Source of the DNA: a virus
Lineage: Duplodnaviria; Caudoviricetes
Virus record (IMG/VR): IMGVR_UViG_3300030433_003270
Coordinates: 1 to 30,705 of that record
Reading direction: 5' to 3' (one strand)
DNA: 30,705 nucleotides
The position numbers and the translations under genes are program-made. How positions within the stretch are numbered: position 1 is the first letter of the stretch; each line of letters opens with the position of its first letter. Of this stretch, positions 23,117-30,705 are shown piece by piece. The notes below the pieces were generated by a model that saw only the letters and a program-made list of their open reading frames with translations, was not told the origin of the DNA and did not search any database.

Positions 23117-24298
23117 ATGGCAACAAAAAAGTCACTTATTCTCACCGCTGGCCTTTTGCAGGAGTTAAACACTTCTTCAGACAAAATTGACCTGGCGGGA
23201 AATAGTACGTCGGATTTATCAGAGGGAACAAACCAGTATTTCACTAATGCACGCTCACGTGGCGCTGTAAGTGTTACCGATTCTGGTGGGTTGGGCTCAC
23301 TCGCGTACAACTCAACATCCGGAGTCATTACTTACACCGGACCAAGCAGTTCAGAAGTAATTGGCACGTTATCAGTAGCTTCCGGGTCGGGACTGACCCT
23401 TGACAGTAGTTCTGGTGAAATAGGCACAAACGCAATACCGAACTCTCAACTTGCCAATTCCAGTCTGACAGTCGGCTCCACGGCAGTAGCTTTAGGAGGT
23501 ACTGCCACGACCATTGCGGGCCTGACAAGCCTCACTTCAACCACTTTGGTCGCGAGCACGACGCTCAACATTGGTGCTGAGGGTGCTGCAAACAGTATAA
23601 AAATTGCATCAGGGGGTATTACTTATGAAGGCTCAGGGGTGGATGCCCATGAGACCACAGTTTCGGTCGTAAATCCAACCGGTGATCGTACTATCAACTT
23701 CCCAGATGCAAGCGGCACTGTTGCCTTGCTGGGCTCTCTGAGCGCAGCCAACAGCGGAACTGGGTTTGGCTCGTTAGCGTACAATTCTGGCACTGGAGCC
23801 TACACATATACCGTCGTCACAGCGGCAAACATTAGAGCGCAGGTATCAGTAACAGATTCTGGGGGAGACGGTTCTTTAGCGTACAACAACTCGACAGGCG
23901 TCATTACCTACACAGGACCAAGTGCCGCTGAGGCGCGTGCCCATGTGAGTGTTGCTTCTGGCTCCGGGCTTACATACAACAGTACTTCGGGAGAGTTTGG
24001 CACTAATGCGATTCCGAATGCACAGCTTGCAAATAGCTCAATCACCATCGGATCAACTGGTATTGCTCTTGGGACAACAGCTTCGACACTCGCTGGTCTA
24101 AGCTCCTTTACATGTAACGCGATTGTCACCAATGACGACGGATTTAGGGTCCGCGATAATAGTGATAATACTAAGCAGCTAGCTTTTGAATTATCTGGTG
24201 TAAGTTCAGGCACCACCCGGACACTGACGATTCCCAATGTCAATGGAACAATCGCAGACGAAGGTTTTGCTACAGCAATTGCAGTTGCACTAGGATAA
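23117..24298 (+). CDS. Tail fibre shaft protein with an internal 88-aa duplication
   Basis: S/T/G-rich, STSDLSEGTNQYFTNAR motif, repeated SLAYNxxxGxxTYT, ends AIAVALG. Confidence 0.8.
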   Translation: MATKKSLILTAGLLQELNTSSDKIDLAGNSTSDLSEGTNQYFTNARSRGAVSVTDSGGLGSLAYNSTSGVITYTGPSSSEVIGTLSVASGSGLTLDSSSGEIGTNAIPNSQLANSSLTVGSTAVALGGTATTIAGLTSLTSTTLVASTTLNIGAEGAANSIKIASGGITYEGSGVDAHETTVSVVNPTGDRTINFPDASGTVALLGSLSAANSGTGFGSLAYNSGTGAYTYTVVTAANIRAQVSVTDSGGDGSLAYNNSTGVITYTGPSAAEARAHVSVASGSGLTYNSTSGEFGTNAIPNAQLANSSITIGSTGIALGTTASTLAGLSSFTCNAIVTNDDGFRVRDNSDNTKQLAFELSGVSSGTTRTLTIPNVNGTIADEGFATAIAVALG

Positions 24299-24302
24299 CG
24301 TT

Positions 24303-24701
24303 ATGGCAACCCAAGTACAATTCCGCAGAGGAACTTCTGCCCAGCACCAAACATTTAAAGGTGCCTTAGGTGAAGTCACCGTCGATACCACAAAGAGTTC
24401 ATGCGTTGTCCACGACGCGGTCACTAATGGCGGCTTTCCTTTATTAAGAGAAGACGCAACCAATTCTGCACTGGCCCTTGGATCACTATCTAGTTGTGCT
24501 CTTAAGTTCGCCAATGATTCGAACACAGGGATTATCAGCCCTGGCTCGGATCAGCTTAGTTTAGTGACCGGAGGAGTTGCTAGACTTACAATAGACTCAG
24601 CAGGCGCTGTAACCATTCCAGGCAACGTTTCTATCACAGGTGATTTGAACGTATCTGGAGCTCAGAACTCTAACATTGCATTAATTATAGCTCTAGGCTG
24701 A
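24303..24701 (+). CDS. Short fibre protein with Mtd-N/hyaluronidase-N-like head
   Basis: VQFRRGT...FKGALGEVTVDT...VVHD...GGFPL; ends IALIIALG. Confidence 0.75.
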   Translation: MATQVQFRRGTSAQHQTFKGALGEVTVDTTKSSCVVHDAVTNGGFPLLREDATNSALALGSLSSCALKFANDSNTGIISPGSDQLSLVTGGVARLTIDSAGAVTIPGNVSITGDLNVSGAQNSNIALIIALG

Positions 24702-24702
24702 T

Positions 24703-25044
24703 ATGGCAAACACTTTCAAAATCAACACGAAATCCAGCCTTGTCACAGATGCTGTTTCGAGCGCTAACACCAACGTCCTATCAGCAGGAGGAAGTGCAAC
24801 TCTTGTTATCTTGAGTGTACTGGTTTCAAACAAAGGTGCATCTGCGGCTGATGTCGATGTCTATCTAGTGACGAATACAGGAGACGATGTTTATATTATT
24901 CGAAACGCCCCAGTTCCTTCCGGATCATCTCTTGAGTTGATCTCAGGTTCTAAGATCATTCTGGAATCGAGTGATATCCTACGAGCACGCTCAGATACAG
25001 CAACAACCTTAGATATTTCAGTTAGCTACCTTGAGCAGACTTGA
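24703..25044 (+). CDS. Small beta-rich fibre-associated structural protein
   Basis: MANTFK...LELISGSKIILESSDIL...SYLE; starts 1 nt after the previous stop. Confidence 0.7.
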   Translation: MANTFKINTKSSLVTDAVSSANTNVLSAGGSATLVILSVLVSNKGASAADVDVYLVTNTGDDVYIIRNAPVPSGSSLELISGSKIILESSDILRARSDTATTLDISVSYLEQT

Positions 25045-25050
25045 TAAAGC

Positions 25051-25368
25051 ATGGCACTTACGTCAATTTCAACCATCTCTAATTACCACGAATTAGAGGC
25101 GAAGATAGCTGACCTTGAGGCAAAAGTTGAAAAGCTGCTGACTCCTGAGAAGGTTCTTGAAAAAGCTGACGAAAGTTGGGATATTGTGCGTGAGAAGCGT
25201 GACTATTTACTCGTTAGCACTGACTGGACTATGACACCAGGAGCTTCTGTCGATCAAGCTCAATGGGCGGCATATAGACAGGCTTTGAGAGACCTTCCGC
25301 AGACATATAGCTCCGCTAGATTAGAAGATATTACATGGCCCGTCCAGCCTAGTTCTACACCTGCTTGA
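25051..25368 (+). CDS. Tail fibre assembly chaperone
   Basis: WDIVREKRDYLLVSTDWT...WAAYRQALRDLPQ...ITWP signature. Confidence 0.85.
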   Translation: MALTSISTISNYHELEAKIADLEAKVEKLLTPEKVLEKADESWDIVREKRDYLLVSTDWTMTPGASVDQAQWAAYRQALRDLPQTYSSARLEDITWPVQPSSTPA

Positions 25369-25374
25369 TAAAAA

Positions 25375-26190
25375 ATGTCTTATATCGGTAATGATCTTCA
25401 AGTAGCTGCTAGCCGCTATCGAATTATTGATGATATTAGCTCGGGATTTAACGGAAGTGAAACGAGTTTTGCGCTTCAAATTGGCGGCATAGCACCTTCA
25501 CCTTTTCCTGTAAACGCTCAGCAGTGTTTAATTTCAGTCAATGGAGTTATTCAGGAGCCTGATCCATCAGGTTCCGCAGGTTTTAATTTAGTTGGGACAA
25601 ATATTGTATTCAGCTCTGCTCCAACTAATGGACATGCCTTCTTCGGTGTTGTTTTGGCTGGTGCCGATTATGTGACAGCTGGAAAAGAGTTTCCAGACGG
25701 TAGCAACACAGCACCATCGGTCACTTTCACTAGCGATAGCGATACGGGCTTGTACCGCGCCTCATCAGGCGAAGTAGGCCTAGCTAAAAATGGTGTTGCA
25801 CGCTCCTTCCAGACCCTTGAAGAAGCACAGACAATCACAGGAGTGAAGACATATAACGCTGCTGCAATTGCAGAAGTTACAACTTTGAGTAACGCTTCTA
25901 GCACTGTGGCCGTTGATCTTTCTCTTTCAAATAATTTTACGCTTACTTTAAACGGCACTGTCAACACTATCGGCGCACCTACTAACGCCGTGGCTGGACA
26001 AAGTGGCTCTATTTTTCTAGTGCAGGACTCGACCGGTTCTCGTACTACTGGTTGGCATAATAATTGGAAATTTGCAGGAGGAACTGTCCCAACCTTGACT
26101 ACAACTGCTAGTGCCGTGGATCGGGTAGATTACATCTGCAAAAGCAGTACTGAAATTCATGCCGTTGCTACACTGAACTATACGCGATAG
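25375..26190 (+). CDS. Tail fibre protein
   Basis: MSYIGN, DDISSGFNG...F, ISVNGVIQEP, DGSxxAPSVTF...DTGLY, and C-terminal GQSGSIFLVQD.TGSRT...PTLTT...VD. Confidence 0.8.
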   Translation: MSYIGNDLQVAASRYRIIDDISSGFNGSETSFALQIGGIAPSPFPVNAQQCLISVNGVIQEPDPSGSAGFNLVGTNIVFSSAPTNGHAFFGVVLAGADYVTAGKEFPDGSNTAPSVTFTSDSDTGLYRASSGEVGLAKNGVARSFQTLEEAQTITGVKTYNAAAIAEVTTLSNASSTVAVDLSLSNNFTLTLNGTVNTIGAPTNAVAGQSGSIFLVQDSTGSRTTGWHNNWKFAGGTVPTLTTTASAVDRVDYICKSSTEIHAVATLNYTR

Positions 26191-26194
26191 GTAG

Positions 26195-29100
26195 ATGGCA
26201 CATTTCCATAATAATGCTTTAATTGGTGCGGCTGGACAGGGAGAAGCTGAGTCGTACAAGATTGATCGCAGCTTGCGTTTCAACGACGGAGACTCGGCTC
26301 ACCTCACTAGATATTTCGAAGCGGGTAACCAAAGAAAATGGACATGGAGTTCATGGATTAAGCGTGCGGAACTAGGGGCTACTGGACGTATCTTGCGTGC
26401 CAACCCTTCTGGCGAGGCAGGAATACAATTTCTTAGTAATGACAGAATCGAAGTTTATCATTATCAAAATAGCTCTTATGTAGTTCAAGTTGTTACCGAC
26501 AGGGTATTCAGAGACCCAAGCGCATGGTTCCACTTGGTAGTTGTGTACGACAGCGCTCAATCGACGGCTGCTGACAGGCTCGCCATCTACATCAATGGTG
26601 CAAAAGAAACTACATTTAACACTTCTACTTATCCTTCACAGTATTACAAATCTTACTTAAACAGTTCTACATCGCACGCTATTTTTGGTAGCGATTTGTT
26701 TCCTGCTGGTTATTTAGCCGAAGTTTACTTTGTTGATGGTCAAGCACTTGCTGCGACTAACTTTGGTGAGTACGACGACAGCAATGTCTGGCAGCCTAAG
26801 GAGTTCGAGGGAACGTATGGCCTCTCGGTCGATCAAAGTCAAAATTGGAGCAGTGGCACATACAGCGGAACGACACCAAATAGTGGCTATGGAGTCGCTA
26901 ACGCTTTTAAAGGCTCAAGCTTTCCTGGCGATAGTTTTGGTGCAGGAAATCAATGGGGTTTTTTCCCTGGGTCAGCAACTCTGACGCTTCCAGCTGCTAT
27001 TACTCTTACTGCTTCTAGCACTGTTGAATTCTATACGTGGCACAACACCGGCTCTACAGGAAACATCACTGTTACGTGTAGCAATGGCTCAGTAGCGGTG
27101 ACACCAGTCGATAATGCAAATATTGCTTCAACAGTTGTAAGCAACCCTTACACAACTTTTGGGGCGTCAATTACCGCAATCACTGTTAATTCAAGCGGAT
27201 CAGATTGGACTGCGTTGGCAGGTATTGTTGTTGATGGCAAACTTTTAGTTGATTCAAACGTTACTCTTACAGACAACTCTTTTTATCTAAAGTTTGCGGA
27301 CAACAGCAGCAACGCTGCGCTTGGAACGGATAGCAGCGGTAAGGGCACAACTCTTCCTGGTGTTGATTTTGATGGCAGTAATGATCATGTCGAAAGCGGA
27401 GATCATGCTGACTATTCTCTTGGCACTAATGACTTCACAATGGAGGCCTATATATATCCAAGAGCTTTTGATAACTACAAGGCGATAATGATGAAATACA
27501 CCGGGACGAGGTCAACTTCGTCTTGGTGGTGGTCATTAAACAGCTCTGGTCATATTCTGTTTTATTTGTATTACGGAAGCAGTGAAATGGGGATTGTCAC
27601 CTCAGGCACTGGCATGATCTTGAACAGATGGAATCATGTTGCGTGTGTAAGAGATGGGAGCACTGCCCGCGTTTACATCAATGGCGTGCAGGTTGGTACG
27701 GGCAACATTTCAACCAATTCTGTTAACGACAGCTCCACAGCTGTGCGGATTGGTGAAGACTCGCAAGGTTATTACGACTTTGATGGAATCATGTCAAACG
27801 TTCGTTTGATCAACGGCACTTGTCTGTACCCAAGCGGGACGACATTTACTGTGCCCACTACGCCTTTGACGAATGTCACAAACACCAAGTTGCTTTGTTG
27901 CCAATCAATCTCATCTGCGACTGCTGCAACAGTTAGCCCTAACACTTTAACTACAAGCGGTGATCCATTTGCAACCAGCAAGCAAGACACAGCTTGGACG
28001 GTTAATAACATTTCAGTTGCAGATGGATCTGCTGTAACTGTTTCTACGGCAACAGGTGCTCTGCCAATCCGCAACACTACTGGCGATCAAGGTGGCACGG
28101 CCGCATCAGGATTTAGGACAGACGCAAACGCAAGCAATCTTTTTCTTGCGCTTCCATTGAACACTAATACCAGTGACGTAAGTAACTCGATCAACAGCAA
28201 CAGCACAACAAAAAGTACAACTAATCAGAGCACAGCTACGTCTAGTTCGCAGTCGAGGTTCTATGGTGCGTCTAGCTATTGGAACGCAAACTCTGACGGA
28301 ATTCTTGTAGCGGAGTCAGGTTCTGAGCTTGTGCTTGGCACGGGTGATTACACTATTGAATTTTGGTTTTATGACGACAGTAACCATGGCGGTAGTGGCG
28401 GAAGATGCTATCTGTTTGACAACAGGATTGGCGGTTCAGTTGTTGGCGATCCTCCGACTATTGTTGGATATGTTGATGGAAGCAATGAGATTAAATTTGG
28501 AACCAGTGGCGGAACTACAGTTACAAGTACGCAAGGTAGTGGTGGAACAAATAACAAGTGGTTTCATTACGCAGCGGTAAGGAGCAGTGGAACGTGCACG
28601 TTTTATATCAACGGTAGCGCTGTTGGCAGTTTCTCTGATACCACTAACTACCCAAACAACGGTTTTGGTATCGGCAGGGCAACTGATGCTAATTACGGAT
28701 GGGCTGGATATATTCAAGACTTCCGTGTTTATAAGACTGCAAAATACACTTCAGATTTTACTATTCCTGCCGAAGCCAACCTAACCATAGGAGCTGGTTG
28801 CGACAGCCTGATCGACACGCCGACGAATTACACGGCAGATTCTGGCAACAATGGCGGAAACTATGCAACGTTGAATCCCCTAAAAACTGGCCTTACTTTA
28901 AGTAATGGTAATCTAACCTTTACTGGCGTACATGATTCTTGGAGAACTACACCGGCCACCATTGGCATTACTTCCGGTAAATTTTACTGGGAGTACACGG
29001 CTGCAAATGGCGCAAACCAGTATGTGGGCATCGGTACATCACAGGCTGAAACTACAGTTCACGCAGGGCAGAACGGTAACTCTTGGAGTTATTACACAGG

Positions 29101-30705
29101 TGGAATTAAATACCATAGCTTTTCAACCTCTAGCTACGGCAGCACTTGGGGAAATGGCGATATTATTGGTGTTGCTTTAGATGCTGATAATGGTACTTTA
29201 ACTTTTTACAAAAATGGATCTACTCAAGGTACAGCTTACACAGGATTAACTAGTGGTCCTTACTTTCCTGTTGTGAGTACCAATGGTACAAGCATGACCG
29301 GACACGTTAACTTCGGCCAACGTCCATTTGCGATCTCCTCTATACCAACCGGCTACAAGTCACTCTGCACTCAGAATCTTGCCGACCCAACGATTGCCGA
29401 TGGTTCGACGGCGTTTACAGCAAGCATTTGGAGTGGTAATAACGCAGATCCTCGCTCAATCACAACCTCTTTCGGTCCAGATTTAGTTTGGATCAAAACA
29501 CGCAACCAAACTAATTGGCATTATCTGACTGATACTGTTCGTGGGGCTCCAAATAAGCTTTACACAAATTCTGCTAATGCAGAAGATACCGCTCCTATTT
29601 ATGGTCAGATTGACTCGTTAAATAGTGACGGATTTACTCTTGGCGGCGGTACTGACTCAAGTAATCCACTTAGCGATTCGAACCAATCGGGTACCAATTA
29701 TGTTGCTTGGGCCTGGGACGCTGGATCATCAAACACTTCAATTACTGCTGGCAGCTCGAATAGCGCGGTTTACAATGAAAGCTACGATATTTCACCGAAC
29801 ACAACTTCCACCATTACTTTTGGATCCAATCAAGCGTTGGACAAGATGTTCAACGGAAACACAGGAGACAAGATGGAGCCCGCAAGCAGCGGTTCTCTAG
29901 ACTTTACTAGCGTTTCTGGCCTTCAAAATTTCAGCGGTACTCTGCAATTTGCTGTAACTGCTTACAACCCCAACAGCTCGTTGAAATTTGTCATAAATGC
30001 GAGCACCGACAACCTTACTTTTACGGCAGATACATTTCCACCATCTGGTAGTTTCCCTTCCACTTTATTAACTATTCCTGTCACTAGCCTGCGGACCTTA
30101 GATTTCACCTCGATCAGTGGCCGGTCGGTGCAATTCTGGGGAGTGTACTTGGACGGAAAGCTGCTTGTAGACAGCTCACAAACTCCTCCCAACGTCCCAT
30201 CAATCGCTTCAACCGTTCGCGCCAATCCGTCTACTGGGTCCTCGATTGTCACTTGGACCGCTGCAGCCAATACTACAAATAGTATTGGCCATGGCTTGAA
30301 TGCTGCTCCTGAGTTTATTATTACTAAAAGCAGAACTGCCAGCAATAACTGGAGAGTCTGGACGGCTGTTACTGGAAAGAATAAATATCTAGGGCTTAAC
30401 AGTTCAGATTCTGCAAGTTCTTTTAGTAATTTTTGGAGCACTTCGGAACCAACTTCTTATACCTTTGGCGTTTGGAACGCTACAGGTGCTGCTAACAATG
30501 ACGGCAATATGGTGGCCTACTGTTTTGCACCTGTCGAAGGCTATAGCGCGTTTGGTTCGTACACCGGCAACGGAAATTCTGACGGCACGTTTATATATAC
30601 GGGTTTTAAAATTGCATTCCTGCTAATTAAAGAATCAAGCGGCAGTGATGCTTGGCTTATTTGGGACAATGCACGCCAAGATTACAATGCACAAGGGCCG
30701 TATTT
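26195..30705 (+). CDS. Giant receptor-binding tail fibre with three LamG/ConA-like domains and a SPRY domain (truncated by the window end, >1500 aa)
   Basis: Absent from the track because it has no stop in the window. ATG 26195 MAHFHNNALIGAAG...SLRFND...WTWSSWIKR...FRDPSAWFHLVV...IYING; LamG DFTMEAYIY...WNHVA and DYTIEFWFY...WFHYA; SPRY GKFYWEY...GDIIGVALDADNG...NFGQRPF. The same frame is still coding at 30662. Confidence 0.9.
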   Translation, partial: MAHFHNNALIGAAGQGEAESYKIDRSLRFNDGDSAHLTRYFEAGNQRKWTWSSWIKRAELGATGRILRANPSGEAGIQFLSNDRIEVYHYQNSSYVVQVVTDRVFRDPSAWFHLVVVYDSAQSTAADRLAIYINGAKETTFNTSTYPSQYYKSYLNSSTSHAIFGSDLFPAGYLAEVYFVDGQALAATNFGEYDDSNVWQPKEFEGTYGLSVDQSQNWSSGTYSGTTPNSGYGVANAFKGSSFPGDSFGAGNQWGFFPGSATLTLPAAITLTASSTVEFYTWHNTGSTGNITVTCSNGSVAVTPVDNANIASTVVSNPYTTFGASITAITVNSSGSDWTALAGIVVDGKLLVDSNVTLTDNSFYLKFADNSSNAALGTDSSGKGTTLPGVDFDGSNDHVESGDHADYSLGTNDFTMEAYIYPRAFDNYKAIMMKYTGTRSTSSWWWSLNSSGHILFYLYYGSSEMGIVTSGTGMILNRWNHVACVRDGSTARVYINGVQVGTGNISTNSVNDSSTAVRIGEDSQGYYDFDGIMSNVRLINGTCLYPSGTTFTVPTTPLTNVTNTKLLCCQSISSATAATVSPNTLTTSGDPFATSKQDTAWTVNNISVADGSAVTVSTATGALPIRNTTGDQGGTAASGFRTDANASNLFLALPLNTNTSDVSNSINSNSTTKSTTNQSTATSSSQSRFYGASSYWNANSDGILVAESGSELVLGTGDYTIEFWFYDDSNHGGSGGRCYLFDNRIGGSVVGDPPTIVGYVDGSNEIKFGTSGGTTVTSTQGSGGTNNKWFHYAAVRSSGTCTFYINGSAVGSFSDTTNYPNNGFGIGRATDANYGWAGYIQDFRVYKTAKYTSDFTIPAEANLTIGAGCDSLIDTPTNYTADSGNNGGNYATLNPLKTGLTLSNGNLTFTGVHDSWRTTPATIGITSGKFYWEYTAANGANQYVGIGTSQAETTVHAGQNGNSWSYYTGGIKYHSFSTSSYGSTWGNGDIIGVALDADNGTLTFYKNGSTQGTAYTGLTSGPYFPVVSTNGTSMTGHVNFGQRPFAISSIPTGYKSLCTQNLADPTIADGSTAFTASIWSGNNADPRSITTSFGPDLVWIKTRNQTNWHYLTDTVRGAPNKLYTNSANAEDTAPIYGQIDSLNSDGFTLGGGTDSSNPLSDSNQSGTNYVAWAWDAGSSNTSITAGSSNSAVYNESYDISPNTTSTITFGSNQALDKMFNGNTGDKMEPASSGSLDFTSVSGLQNFSGTLQFAVTAYNPNSSLKFVINASTDNLTFTADTFPPSGSFPSTLLTIPVTSLRTLDFTSISGRSVQFWGVYLDGKLLVDSSQTPPNVPSIASTVRANPSTGSSIVTWTAAANTTNSIGHGLNAAPEFIITKSRTASNNWRVWTAVTGKNKYLGLNSSDSASSFSNFWSTSEPTSYTFGVWNATGAANNDGNMVAYCFAPVEGYSAFGSYTGNGNSDGTFIYTGFKIAFLLIKESSGSDAWLIWDNARQDYNAQGPY

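Noticed and set aside
24303-24701. Mtd-like gene as a sign of a diversity-generating retroelement
   Set aside because: Only the N-terminal structural domain is similar. No reverse transcriptase, C-type lectin variable region or adenine-specific repeat pair is seen in the window.
26372-30441. Short track ORFs within the last 4.5 kb
   Set aside because: All are off-frame or antisense to the single open fibre gene starting at 26195.

Overview
Segment of a tailed dsDNA phage genome (Caudoviricetes), most likely a short-tailed (podovirus-like) phage of a cyanobacterium. The host call is an inference from a perfect RpaB/HLR1 box, -10-only promoters and the style of the tail fibre. Bases 1-1500 hold a GC-richer, leftward-transcribed cluster of small early-type genes; two of them are missing from the ORF track (<1..501 and 1344..1487). 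A divergent control region (about 1490-1890) follows. From 1893 to the end is a rightward virion morphogenesis module: a holin-like gene, six Gly/Ala/Gln-rich candidate ejection proteins, candidate TerS, TerL, a solo AbrB-like gene, portal, scaffold, major capsid protein, decoration-like protein, HhH protein, head-tail adaptor, lambda-R-type lytic transglycosylase, a SWIM-finger tail protein, several tail fibre and chaperone genes, and a >1500 aa LamG/SPRY fibre that runs off the right edge (also missing from the track). No tape measure, tail tube, tRNA, CRISPR array or integrase is visible. Most interesting: (1) a covarying hairpin 4-5 nt before the ATG of all three leftward genes, (2) a perfect HLR1 (RpaB) site upstream of their sigma70 promoter, (3) a 524-nt dual-coding overlap of portal and scaffold with signs of stop avoidance, and (4) an 11-residue-repeat protein resembling a phiX174-H-type DNA conduit. 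All protein calls come from motif recognition by eye, not database searches.
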